From positions 608,001 to 672,000 of the forward strand of contig CBDATQ010000001.1 in assembly GCA_965199955.1 (NCBI GenBank): a stretch of 64,000 bases of DNA. The letters are read 5' to 3'. Source of the stretch: Spirochaetia bacterium. Its GTDB lineage: Bacteria; Spirochaetota; Spirochaetia; SZUA-6; Bin103. Of the stretch, positions 1-9,900 are shown one piece after another. Position 1 is the first letter of the stretch. Every line of letters begins with the position of its first letter. The notes beneath the pieces are model-generated. The model was not told the origin of the DNA and did no database searches. It was given only the letters and a program-made list of their open reading frames with translations. A program made the translations under genes and the position numbers.

Positions 1-757
1 GGCCGGCGTAGTCCACGGAGCCGCTGCCGATCGGCGCCCAACTCGTCAGGCCGGTGGCGTCGTCCACGACCGTGGCGTCCTTGACGTGCACGTGCATGAG
101 GTAGGGGAGCACGGCGCGGTAGCCGTCCGGGTAGGGCACTCCGCCGGACACGAAGTCGTTGCCCGGGTCCCAGATCGCGCGCAGGCGCGGGTGGTCCACC
201 GCGTCCAGGATGCGCGCCGCGTTGTGCCCGGAGTTGCCCCAGCAGGAGCGCACGTTCTCCAGGCCCAGGGTCACGTCGTGCTCGTCGGCGATGGCCGCCG
301 CCGCGCGCAGCCCGGCGACGATCTTCGGCAGCAGGCCGTCGGGGATGGCCCCGCCGCGCGGCTCCCGCGGGGAGGGGTTGCCGGCCCCGGCCATGTAGCC
401 GCGCCGGAACGAGAACAGGCGCACGATGCCGGCGCCCAGCTCGCCCGCCACCCCGCAGCTCCGCCGGATCTGCTCCAGGTGTTCGGTCACCGCGGCGTGG
501 CGGGCGACCTCGGCCGTCGGCACCTCGTCCAGCTCGATCGCCTTGAACGATGGCGGGTCCACCGCCACGACCTGCAGCCCCTCGCCTGCGACCATCCGCC
601 GGAGCTCGGCCACGTCGGCGCCGGACAGCTCGTGTGCGCCCTTCTCGCCGACCTTGTTGAGCTCCAGGTGAGTGAGCCCCATCTCGCGCGCCGCCGGAAA
701 GGCGACCGCGGGATCCGCATCGATCTCATCGGTGACGACGCCCAGCTTGAAACTCAA
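1..757 (-). CDS. Sugar phosphate isomerase/epimerase (xylose isomerase-like TIM barrel), runs off window start
   Basis: Manual translation MSFKLGVVTDEI...LGLENV...WDPGN...HVHVKD shows AP2/xylose-isomerase metal motifs; TTG start overlaps the TGA of the upstream gene (TTGA); not in the supplied ORF track. Confidence 0.8.
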   Translation of the reverse strand, partial: MSFKLGVVTDEIDADPAVAFPAAREMGLTHLELNKVGEKGAHELSGADVAELRRMVAGEGLQVVAVDPPSFKAIELDEVPTAEVARHAAVTEHLEQIRRSCGVAGELGAGIVRLFSFRRGYMAGAGNPSPREPRGGAIPDGLLPKIVAGLRAAAAIADEHDVTLGLENVRSCWGNSGHNAARILDAVDHPRLRAIWDPGNDFVSGGVPYPDGYRAVLPYLMHVHVKDATVVDDATGLTSWAPIGSGSVDYAG

Positions 758-1545
758 TCGTAACTACCTTGGGGATGGTCCCCCATCAGACGGCGCTGGC
801 GCTCGCTGGCCACGGCCAGGATGTCCGGGTCGAACCGGAAGCGGTTCAGGTAGGGCGGAAACCGCTGCGCGATGCCGCGCTGCCCGTAGCTGACCTGCAG
901 CAGATGGCGCACGCGGTCGCTGCGGTTGGCGCTGCCGCGATGCCAGACCTCGCTGCGGAAGATCACGACGTCGCCCGCGTTGCAGAGGATGCTCTGCTCC
1001 TCCCGGCCCTGCCAGGACTCCGCCCCGTCGGGCCGGCGGCCGGCGCGGTGGCTGCCGGGGATGAAGCGGGTCGGGCCGATCTCCTCGTCCAGGTCGTCCA
1101 GGTAGAAGTGGGCGGTGGCGATGTAGACCGGAATACGCACGCGCGGATCGGCCATCACGTCCTCCGGCAGCGTGAGCGCCTGGTAGTCCGCGTGCAGCGG
1201 CTGGTCGGGCCGCCCGGGCCCGGTCAGCCAGGAGGTCATGGCGATGACGTGGCAGTCGGCTCCGAGAAGGCCCTCGGTGATCTCGATGACGCCTGGGTAG
1301 TCCAGGAACTGAACGAAGTGCGGGTCGCGGTTGAAGGCGTTGTTGATCGACCGGTTGAGGAAGCCGGCCTCGGAGGCGCGGTCGTAGCTCTCGGCCAGCG
1401 GCTCCAGCCGCTCCATGTGGCTTCGAAGTTCTGCGACCTGATCGCCGTCGAGCACACCGGGCAGGTACACGTACCCGTCCCGCTCGACGGCGTTCACCCG
1501 ACTCGGCAGGTCCGGCTGGGCTACCAGCGGCAAGGCTTGCGGCAT
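754..1545 (-). CDS. Phytanoyl-CoA dioxygenase family (PhyH) 2OG-Fe(II) dioxygenase
   Basis: ERDGYV start, HAD metal motif, GPTRFIPGSHR, AGDVVIF..EVWHRG..N.S...R. Confidence 0.85.
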   Translation of the reverse strand: MPQALPLVAQPDLPSRVNAVERDGYVYLPGVLDGDQVAELRSHMERLEPLAESYDRASEAGFLNRSINNAFNRDPHFVQFLDYPGVIEITEGLLGADCHVIAMTSWLTGPGRPDQPLHADYQALTLPEDVMADPRVRIPVYIATAHFYLDDLDEEIGPTRFIPGSHRAGRRPDGAESWQGREEQSILCNAGDVVIFRSEVWHRGSANRSDRVRHLLQVSYGQRGIAQRFPPYLNRFRFDPDILAVASERQRRLMGDHPQGSYD

Positions 1546-1635
1546 CGCTTCTCAGTATACAGCTACCGTACAAGACATGGCATCCGCGAACGTTGAGCGA
1601 GATGGACGGGACGTATCAACTGACGACACGGAGGG

Positions 1636-1700
1636 ATGGCGACCACCAACGTGAGGCGCATCGATGACGAGGTTCTGCGGCGGCTCAACGGGCATGCACC
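1636..1700 (+). pseudogene. N-terminal remnant of a FitA-like ribbon-helix-helix antitoxin
   Basis: GGAGGG RBS then MATTNVRRIDDEVLRRLN, resembling the MATLTIRNLDDEVxxRL RHH pattern; similarity then lost and no PIN toxin follows. Confidence 0.45.
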
Positions 1701-2019
1701 CCATTCGACGTTCTCATCAGGGAAGATCGCGACAGCGGCCGTCGATTCTGACGATGCGACTGGCCGTGGACGCCAGCGTGGCCGCGAGGTGGGTCGTGGA
1801 CGAGGTCACTCCCCGGCCGCAGAGCGGCTGATCCCAGGACCACATGAGTCATCAGGGCACTCGCACTTCGTGTAGATTCGTATACGTATATGCCATGATC
1901 CGTGAGCAACTCGTGACTCCAGGATGAACCGTAAGAATGGGTTGCGCTTCGGTACGTAGTTGACCCAGATGCGCCGATACATGAGTCTTCGAGAAGACGA
2001 CGACTTCGGAGGTGGCCTG

Positions 2020-3220
2020 ATGGCCCGCACGATCAATATCGACTCGCTTCTTGCTGGCTGCGCGGACGACTCATTCGACGACGGGGTCCGCATCGACACG
2101 GAGCTCGATCCGCTGTCCGGGCCCTGGAGGTCCGGTGAAGCCGGCGGTATACGAAGGCGGGAAGTATCAGATGGATCGCCGCTGGGCGTCCCCGACGGAT
2201 GATGCGCCGACCCCGGTAATCGTAATCGACAACGTCCCGTCGCAAGCGAACCGTCTGGAGGAGGCGATCCGCCGCCATCGGGAATCGATCGGCGTGCCCG
2301 AGCTGGTGCTCGATCTCGCGGGCGTGGGCAATCTGCCGGCCCACCTCCCGCGCCAACTGTCGAGTCTGCAGTTTCCGCATCGCAACGCGGACGCGTATCT
2401 GCGCGATGCCCGCCTAGATGACGACGACTTCACGAAGACGGATCTCGGGCTAGCGATTTTCGGCGCGACACCCGAGGCATGCGGTCCGCTGATGGCTTGG
2501 TTCCCGCAGGCGTTGCTGTACGGATTCTGGCAATCTCACTTGGGGAAGAAGCGGCAGAACACCAAGCATGCTCGTGCATGGGTGTCGGAGATCGTCGGCT
2601 GGAGCCCCGCGTCTACGGACACGAAGGTCCTCGGTCTGAAGGGTGACGCCCTGAATCTCAACACCGACGAGAGTATCACCTCCAATCCTGATGACCGGCT
2701 GAGATGGGACATCGGCAAGGTGGAGAAGGTCGAAGGAGGAAAGAAGGACAAGCTCTCCGAGATGGGCCATGGGCAGGTGCCATTCATGGGAAACGAAGCG
2801 ACCGCGGCACCCGTCTCCTTTGGTCGGGTATCACAGCGGGCGACGCTGTCGTTCGCGCAACTGAGGCGCATCTCACTGGGGCCGGACCATACTCGCGAAG
2901 CAGACGCCGCCGGACGAGCGCTCCTGGTTGCGCTCGGGCTCCATGCCCACACGCTCGCCTTCGGTCGAGGCTTCGCGCTGCGGTCCGGCGCCGAGTTGCG
3001 ACCGACGGCAGCAACGGTCACTTGGCTCGGAGGCGCAACCGACGACGCGTGCGAGGTCGGCGACGCGGCGATGACCGGAGCGTTGCTGCAAAGCGCGGTG
3101 GACAACGCGAAGTCGGCCGGCGTGCCTCTCGACGGTTGGGGCAAGCCGCCGTTGATGCTCACGCCCAAGGACAACCTCCGAACCGCGATCTGTAAGACAT
3201 GGCCGGAGCTCGATGACTGA
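2020..3220 (+). pseudogene. cas7: Type I-G Cas7 (Csb1), interrupted by a +1 frameshift at 2122-2125
   Basis: GGAGGT RBS, MARTINID...ELDPLSGP in one frame continues as GGPVKPAVY...IDNVPSQANRLEEA...PHRNADAYLR...ALLYGFWQS...GHGQVP in the +1 frame. Confidence 0.85.
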
Positions 3221-4638
3221 TGCTCGCCATCTCGGTTGAGCTTCTGCATGGAACGTTTCGGGGTGATCCCGATGGCACCGCGAACACCGGTGGCCTTTCC
3301 CGAGGCGAATGGCCTCCAGCACCGGCGCGGCTTCTGGCGGCGATGGTTGCAGCGGACGGCACCCGAGACCGGTGCAGAGTGACCGACGGCTCCGAACTGG
3401 AGTGGTTCGAGCAGCTTCCAGCGCCGGTCATCCACGCTCACGAGGCCCCGGAGCATCAGGATCTGCAGCCGCGCTACGTCGTGCACGCGGGCAAGTCTGC
3501 GGTGAATGACACCTGTCAGGAATACATAGGGCGCAAGAGCATGGCAATGCGTCCCGGCATAAGGGTCGCGCCGCGCTATCCCCACGTGGTCTACTCGTGG
3601 GACACGGAAGCGCCGAGTCACGTGCTCGCCGCTCTCCGACGTCGCGCCGCCCGGATCGGGTATCTTGGCGCCGCGGACTCTCCGGTTCGCGTGCGCGTCG
3701 GTACTCACATGCCGAAGTCCGTCGGCGCAGCCGCTGTCTTCCAGCCTGACCTCGACGGGGACATGGAGGTCAGCGTACCCCAGGAGGGCGACGTACGGGT
3801 CCTGGACGCGATGTACGACCGTTGGGTCAAATGCGGAGCCGACGTCGCTCGCTCGCAGTTCCCAGCCCTGCGGCATCAGGTTCCGTACCGCTCACCTGCG
3901 GCCGCCGTTCAGGACGACGCCGGCACAGTGGTGGCTTGGCTGCGTTTGAACACGGCCGTCTCGGGCCGTCGTGTCACGGCGGTTACGGCACTGTTCAAGC
4001 AGGCTGTGCTCAGCCAGCACCAGAGGATTCACGGCGAGCCACCGCCGGTTCTTCACGGGCACGGCTTCACTGGATGTGGCTACGAGCTAGCTCGCTATCT
4101 GGCACTCCCTGATGCCGGGTACCCGCGGTCGCGCGGGAGGATTCACGGTCTCGCGCTCTGGATGCCGCCGGCCTGCGACTCCAACATGTGTCAGCGCGCT
4201 GGGGACGCCGCGCTCGCGGTGCAGCGTCTGACCGGTCGTGGCGTGGATGTGTCCGTCGTGCCGCGGCAAGGCGAGGACCGCCCCGTGGCTGCACATCCGG
4301 GGCGCTGGACGGGCAGATCACGCTGTTGGGTGACAGCCTTTCCGGCGATTCACGAGCGCCGCGGCGTGCTCGATCTGGAGGAAGTCTCCCGATGGTGCGC
4401 GCATGCCGGCTATCCGGCGCCGCTACGGTTCCGGTCGGCGCGCTCTCCGCTGGCTCGGGGCGCAGTGGATCTCGCCCCCGTGGAAGTGAACAGGCCTGGC
4501 AGGACTGGGTTACCCTATTCGCACGTGCAACTGTGGTTCGAGGAAGCGATCGCCGGTCCGGTCGTGATCGGCGCCGGGCGACAGCGTGGCTTCGGACTTT
4601 GCGTACCGGTGGACGATTCGGATGGCCAAGACACCTGA
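3220..4638 (+). CDS. csb2: Type I-G Csb2 (Cas5/Cas6 fusion)
   Basis: EWPPAPARLLAAMVA, YLGAADS, C-terminal Gly-rich GPVVIGAGRQRGFGLC; lies between cas7 and cas3. Confidence 0.9.
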   Translation: MLAISVELLHGTFRGDPDGTANTGGLSRGEWPPAPARLLAAMVAADGTRDRCRVTDGSELEWFEQLPAPVIHAHEAPEHQDLQPRYVVHAGKSAVNDTCQEYIGRKSMAMRPGIRVAPRYPHVVYSWDTEAPSHVLAALRRRAARIGYLGAADSPVRVRVGTHMPKSVGAAAVFQPDLDGDMEVSVPQEGDVRVLDAMYDRWVKCGADVARSQFPALRHQVPYRSPAAAVQDDAGTVVAWLRLNTAVSGRRVTAVTALFKQAVLSQHQRIHGEPPPVLHGHGFTGCGYELARYLALPDAGYPRSRGRIHGLALWMPPACDSNMCQRAGDAALAVQRLTGRGVDVSVVPRQGEDRPVAAHPGRWTGRSRCWVTAFPAIHERRGVLDLEEVSRWCAHAGYPAPLRFRSARSPLARGAVDLAPVEVNRPGRTGLPYSHVQLWFEEAIAGPVVIGAGRQRGFGLCVPVDDSDGQDT

Positions 4639-7432
4639 GCGGCGACCTCCCCGCCCGATGCCCGAATTCGGCGAGTTCTACCGAGCCATCAATCGCCGCG
4701 ATCCGTTCCCGTGGCAATCTCGGCTGGCTCACCGTGTCGCCGAAACCGAATGTTGGCCGGTTGAAGTCGGAGTGCCTACGGGACTCGGAAAGACCGCCTG
4801 CCTGGACATCGCCGTCTGGTGGCTTGCGTCCCAGGCTGATCGGTCGCCGGCTGCGCGCACAGCGCCGACTCGGATCTGGTGGCTCGTCAACAGGCGCCTG
4901 CTGGTCGATGCGACCACGGAACACGCAGAGGCGATCAGCGAAGCGCTGAGCGAGCCGCGCACGTGCGGACTCGACGGCACGGAGGCGGATGCCGTCGTGA
5001 CGGTCGCCGATCGTCTGCGCTCGCTGTCCGCAGACCCATCCGCCTCACCGCTCGAGGTGATTCGGCTTCGCGGTGGTGTCCCATCCCGTAGTCCGACGGA
5101 TCCGTCACAACCGGCGGTCCTGCTCTCCACGCTGCCGATGTACGGATCCCGCCTCCTGCTTCGCGGCTACGGGTCCACCAGGTCGATGCGGCCGATCGAC
5201 GCCGCCATGGCCGGAACCGACAGCCTCGTCATCCTGGACGAGGCGCATCTGGCCTCCCACTTAATGAGTCTGCTGCCGGCGCTCTCCGAGTGCACGCCGG
5301 GGGCGCTGCCGATTCTGGCGGGTCGTCGGTCGCGGCCTACGATGGTGGCGCTGACCGCGACCGGCGACGCGCCGGGAGCAGAGCGGTTCGATCTGGACGC
5401 TGCAGACCAGGCACACCCGATCGTCCGGCAGCGGCTCGACGCGGCGAAGCACGTGGAGTTGCGCTTGGACACCGGCGATGCCGGCCGACGGCTGGCGGAG
5501 GCGACGCTTACGCTCATAGCCGGCGCATCCGCTCCGGCAGGGTGCCTGGTCTTCGCGAACACTCCGGCAACGGCCCGCGCGGCCTTTCGTTTCCTGAGAA
5601 CCGCGATCGTCGAAGAGACGGCGGAAGTCCTTCTGCTGACCGGCCGCGCCCGGGAGCGGGAGGCGGAACGTACTCGACGGCTGATCCTCGATCCCGTGCA
5701 CGGGATGGCTTCGACGCGTGATCGCGGGGGCGGTCGCCAACGCCACCTGATCGTGATCGCAACGCAGACACTGGAGGTTGGTGCCGACATCGACGCCGAG
5801 TTCCTCGTGACGGAAGCATGCGGCGTACGGGCGTTGACGCAGCGACTCGGACGGTTGAACCGGCTGGGACGCTATCCTCATGCGAGCGCCGTCTATGTTC
5901 ACCTGCCCCCTCCCAGGGACAGGCGGAAGGGACCTCAGGATGCTGAGACGTGGCCGGTCTACGGCCGTGAACCTGCGATGGTGCTGCGGAGACTGCAGGA
6001 TGCCATACAAGGTGACGGCAGCGGCAGAACGACGGTGAACCTCTCACCCCGGCGGATTGCCGAGACGCTCGGGCAGCCGGAAGATGATCCCGGGCGCGCT
6101 CCGGAGATCCTGAACGGTCTTCTTTGGGAGTGGGTGAAGACCACGACGCCTCCCGAGGGCGAGGCTCCGGTCGAACCCTACTTCTCCGGCATTGCCGCTC
6201 CGGAGTACTCGGTGGCGCTGATCTGGCGCGTTCACGTTCCACGGGACGGCGACGTGCTGTGGCCGCGAGCGACCGACCGTGAGGCCGTCGAGGTGCCGCT
6301 CGGCGAAGTTCGGGACGTGTTCGGCGACGAAGAGGAGCTGCGCCGGCTCGCTCCCGACGGCGTGACGATGGAGACGGCTTCTGCCGCGGATCTTCGTCCG
6401 GGTAACGTTATCGTGCTGGATTCGGAGCGGGGCTTGCTTGACCAGTTTGGATGGGATCCCGAGTCTTCAGCCCTCGTCGTCGATGCATCGATCGCAGACT
6501 CCGGACTGCCCTTGGACGCGGAGGCGATCCGGCGTCTGTGCGGGGTTTCCATCAGCGCTCTGGTCAACCGGGCACTGGGGATCGTCGCTGACGATGAGGA
6601 TCTCGATGAGTCCGACCGTACTGAGGCCGTCGACCAGGTCCTGGAGGCGATCGGCGCTGCAACGCCAGTCGGCTGGGACGAATCGGACTGGCGCGAGCTG
6701 ATCGCCGACTTGGAGCGACAGGTCGACACCGTGCCGAACGAGGTCCCGCGTCTGCCCAGGCGTGAAGCCCGCGAGCCAAGCAGCGACGAGCTCGATGAGC
6801 TGTCCCAAGCCGACCCCGCGGTCGAGCTGGACCGTCACAATGAAGCCGTCGCGGCGCGATCGAGAACGATTGCGGAACGGCTCGGTGTCTCGTCCGATCT
6901 GGCTGCCGTGGTCGAGCGGGCCGGCCGTTCCCATGATCTCGGGAAGGTCGATGGACGGTTCCAACGATGGCTCGATCCCGACGGGAGCCAGCTCGTCCCG
7001 ATGGCCAAGTCGCAGATGCGGCGCAGTCAGTGGAACGCTGCTCGGATCGCCGCTGGATGGCCGCGCGGGGGCCGCCATGAGGAGCTCTCGGCGCGTCTGG
7101 TTCGCGGATGGCTGGAAGCCCGGCCCGATCGGTTTGACCCGCTGATGGCAGATCTGCTCGTCCACCTGATCGTCAGTCATCACGGCAGCGGCCGACCGCT
7201 GGTGATGCCGGTCGATGACCATGCGACCGACGACGTGTCCTTCGAAATCGAGGGTGCGCGCGTCAGTGTGCCGGCCGATCTGTCGACAATCGACTGGAGT
7301 CAGCCGGCGCGGTTCAGACGCCTCAACGAACGGTTCGGACCCTGGGGATTGGCTCTCCTGGAGGCGATCGTGCGGCGGGCCGACCACGCTGTCTCGGCAG
7401 GATCGCGCGTGAGTGAGTTGGAGGTTCGCTGA
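4622..7432 (+). CDS. cas3: Type I-G Cas3 helicase with C-terminal HD nuclease
   Basis: PFPWQ, VPTGLGKT, DEAH, ATQTLEVGADID, QRLGRLNR; C-terminal H...HDLGK...RHE...SHHG...AD; alternative start 4658. Confidence 0.93.
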   Translation: MAKTPERRPPRPMPEFGEFYRAINRRDPFPWQSRLAHRVAETECWPVEVGVPTGLGKTACLDIAVWWLASQADRSPAARTAPTRIWWLVNRRLLVDATTEHAEAISEALSEPRTCGLDGTEADAVVTVADRLRSLSADPSASPLEVIRLRGGVPSRSPTDPSQPAVLLSTLPMYGSRLLLRGYGSTRSMRPIDAAMAGTDSLVILDEAHLASHLMSLLPALSECTPGALPILAGRRSRPTMVALTATGDAPGAERFDLDAADQAHPIVRQRLDAAKHVELRLDTGDAGRRLAEATLTLIAGASAPAGCLVFANTPATARAAFRFLRTAIVEETAEVLLLTGRAREREAERTRRLILDPVHGMASTRDRGGGRQRHLIVIATQTLEVGADIDAEFLVTEACGVRALTQRLGRLNRLGRYPHASAVYVHLPPPRDRRKGPQDAETWPVYGREPAMVLRRLQDAIQGDGSGRTTVNLSPRRIAETLGQPEDDPGRAPEILNGLLWEWVKTTTPPEGEAPVEPYFSGIAAPEYSVALIWRVHVPRDGDVLWPRATDREAVEVPLGEVRDVFGDEEELRRLAPDGVTMETASAADLRPGNVIVLDSERGLLDQFGWDPESSALVVDASIADSGLPLDAEAIRRLCGVSISALVNRALGIVADDEDLDESDRTEAVDQVLEAIGAATPVGWDESDWRELIADLERQVDTVPNEVPRLPRREAREPSSDELDELSQADPAVELDRHNEAVAARSRTIAERLGVSSDLAAVVERAGRSHDLGKVDGRFQRWLDPDGSQLVPMAKSQMRRSQWNAARIAAGWPRGGRHEELSARLVRGWLEARPDRFDPLMADLLVHLIVSHHGSGRPLVMPVDDHATDDVSFEIEGARVSVPADLSTIDWSQPARFRRLNERFGPWGLALLEAIVRRADHAVSAGSRVSELEVR

Positions 7433-8328
7433 TGGCCGAAGTGGTGTCCGCCGGGCTGCCGGCCTCCTGGCTCAACGCGTGGCTGGCAGCGGTGGGCGCT
7501 ACGGTGATCGACACACGGGTCCGCCTCCACTGGACATCGGAGAAGACTCCGGTGGCAGTCCTGAGCGCCGATGGCGGCGATCCGGTGACGATCCTGACAG
7601 ACTCCTGGCCGACGACCGACGTACTCGATGCCATGCCCATCGCCGAGCATTGGGGTGACACGCCACAGTTGCGCAGAAAGGTGCCCGTCGACGCCTTCAT
7701 CCGCAGAGCCCGCGCCACACGTGGCCACGCGCACTCGTGGACCCTGTCGTCGACCATGACGGATCTCGACCTGGACAAAGGTGGTGAGGTTGCGCACGCT
7801 CCGTTCGATCCAGCCGGGCCCGGGACGATCAAATGGCTGCATCATCGCCTTCTGAAGGTTCACTGCTTGATTGAACCATCGGTTGAACGGCTCATGGATT
7901 CGTTCGCCGGCCGGGCGGCGAGGGTAACGGACAACGGGTTGGGGTTCGACCTGACCAGGCTGGGTTCGCAGTCCGATGACTCCAAGCCTGCGGTCGATCC
8001 AGTCGTTGAGGTGCTCGCGTTCTTCGGTCTCTCTCTCTTGCCCTTCCGGGGCAGGGGAACCGACAGAAGGCTGCACAGCGGATCGTTCCCGCCGGCCGTC
8101 CAGAGAAGTTGGTTGAAGGTGCCTGGTAGCAGACGCGAGCACCGATTCACGTGGCCGGCATGGAGCTCCCCGCTGGACCAAGCGGGCATCGACGCGCTTC
8201 TCGATGTGTGGAAGCCAGAGAAGAGAGTCTGGTCACGGCTCGGTGTGCATGCTGCTTGGCGGAGTGTTCGCTTCACGCCGAGAGCTACAGCGGACACGAC
8301 GCGAGGGTTCGGATCGGAGCGCCTGTGA
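7432..8328 (+). CDS. Probable type I-G large subunit, Csb3/Cas8u-like (298 aa)
   Basis: Translationally coupled between cas3 and cas4; GLPASWLNAWLAAVG, VEVLAFFGLSLLP and FTWPAWSSPL resemble Cas8u-family motifs. Confidence 0.7.
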   Translation: MAEVVSAGLPASWLNAWLAAVGATVIDTRVRLHWTSEKTPVAVLSADGGDPVTILTDSWPTTDVLDAMPIAEHWGDTPQLRRKVPVDAFIRRARATRGHAHSWTLSSTMTDLDLDKGGEVAHAPFDPAGPGTIKWLHHRLLKVHCLIEPSVERLMDSFAGRAARVTDNGLGFDLTRLGSQSDDSKPAVDPVVEVLAFFGLSLLPFRGRGTDRRLHSGSFPPAVQRSWLKVPGSRREHRFTWPAWSSPLDQAGIDALLDVWKPEKRVWSRLGVHAAWRSVRFTPRATADTTRGFGSERL

Positions 8329-8942
8329 CGGACGAGGTTGTCGTCTCCATCTCGGCGATTGAGCACTTCGCGTACTGCCCGCGACAATGCGCGTTGATTC
8401 ACTGTGACGGCGTGTGGACCGACAATGAACACACGGTACAAGGGTCACGAGCTCACCGCCGCGTCGACAGCGGGCACCATCGCCACGAACGAGGCCGGCT
8501 GGTCCTCCGTTCCATCCCTCTCTGGTCGGAGACTCTTGGCTTGTCCGGTCGTGCCGATGCAGTCGAGATCGATTCCCACGCAGTCCGGCCGGTAGAGTAC
8601 AAGTCGGGCACCCGGCATGGATCGGCCGCGGATCTTCAACTGTGTGCTCAGGCGCTGTGTCTGGAGGAGATGCTCGACGTGGACATTCCAGATGGCCATG
8701 TTTGGTACGGCGGACCGAGGCGTCGCGTGCGGGTACGCTTTACGTCGGCTCTACGCCGTGAGGTGCGAGGGATCATTGAGGAAATCCGGACGCAGTTATT
8801 GACAACTTATCTGCCGGAAGCGCCCAACGATCGCCGCTGCACGGAGTGTCAACTACTCCATCATTGTCTGCCGGGGGTCACCAGTGCACCGCACACGGTC
8901 AGCCGCTACATGGCGGAGTCGGTATTCGGATGCGGTACCTGA
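8325..8942 (+). CDS. cas4: Cas4 exonuclease (stand-alone)
   Basis: SAIEHFAYCPRQ, GRADAVE, PVEYKSG, QLCAQALCLEEM, CxxCxxxxxC Fe-S cysteines; GTG overlaps upstream TGA. Confidence 0.93.
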   Translation: MTDEVVVSISAIEHFAYCPRQCALIHCDGVWTDNEHTVQGSRAHRRVDSGHHRHERGRLVLRSIPLWSETLGLSGRADAVEIDSHAVRPVEYKSGTRHGSAADLQLCAQALCLEEMLDVDIPDGHVWYGGPRRRVRVRFTSALRREVRGIIEEIRTQLLTTYLPEAPNDRRCTECQLLHHCLPGVTSAPHTVSRYMAESVFGCGT

Positions 8943-9897
8943 GCACGGTCTACGTCCGTGATCATCGGGCGCGGGTCACACACCGGCGTGGCTCGTTGCT
9001 GGTTTCTTCGCCTGATGGGAGCCAGCGAGTCCCGCTCGAAGCGATCGATGCGGTCGTCATGTTGGGCAGCGGCCAGATCACGACTCAGGCGCTGGAAGCC
9101 TGCGTCCGACGCGGCGTTCGCGTCACGGCGCTGAAGATGAGCGGAGCCGTGCGCTTCGTGGTCGGAGAATCGACCGGAGGCAACGTCCACCTGCGAACGT
9201 CGCTGTATCGGGTCGTTACCGACGCCGCACACTCGTTGGCGCTGTCCAAGGCGATCGTGGCGGCGAAGCTTCAGAACAGCCGTAGGGTCGTGGACCGCTG
9301 GGCACGCGACGAGAAGGCACGGGACGATTCCCGTTTTCTCGCGCAGCGCGGCGTTCAGATTACGGAACGGATTTCCCGATTGCCTGGAGCCAATACCCCT
9401 GACCATGTTCGTGGGATCGAGGGTGATGCCGCAAGATCGTACTTCGGCGCGGTCGGTCAAGCCGTGTCGAAAAGCGACTTTCGCTTCTCCGGGAGGACGC
9501 GACGCCCGCCGAGAGACCCGGTCAACGCCATGTTCGGATTCTGCTACGGGCTGTTGGTAACGGAGTTCATAGGTGCGTTGGAGAGCGTCGGCTTGGATCA
9601 CCAGATGGGGTTCTTCCACCGTCCTCGTTCTGGCAGGCCGTCTCTCGCGCTCGATCTCGTCGTCGTCAAGTAGGGCCGGAAAGCTTCGTTCGGACGCCAG
9701 GTGGTGGGGTCTACTTGAGCGACGAGGCGAGGACCAGCCTGATCAAAGCGTGGGAATCTCACAAGGAAGTCGAACATTACCATCGGATGTCCGGCCGAAA
9801 GGTCGGACGTTGGGCGCTTCCCTCAGTTCAGGCAACCATGCTTGCCCGTCATCTTCGCGGTGACCTCCCCGAGTATCCACCGTTTGTTATTGCATGA
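8930..9897 (+). pseudogene. cas1: Cas1 with internal deletion and frameshift at ~9658
   Basis: RGIEGDAARSYF, RRPPRDPVNAMFGFCY, GFFH..RSGRPSLALDL then stop at 9673; C-terminus (RRRQ...GGGVYLSDEAR...QATMLARHLRGDLPEYPPF) is in another frame; EEFRP..DR segment absent. Confidence 0.88.
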
Positions 9898-9900
9898 CGT

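Noticed and set aside
1591..1599. CGTTGAGCG identical to the last 9 nt of the repeat, upstream of the cas operon
   Set aside because: No adjacent stem or second repeat; a 9-mer can occur by chance
8325..9673. cas4 and cas1 as a frameshifted Cas4/1 fusion
   Set aside because: Cas4 ends normally after its Cys cluster and Cas1 has its own ATG and typical N-terminus with a 13-nt overlap
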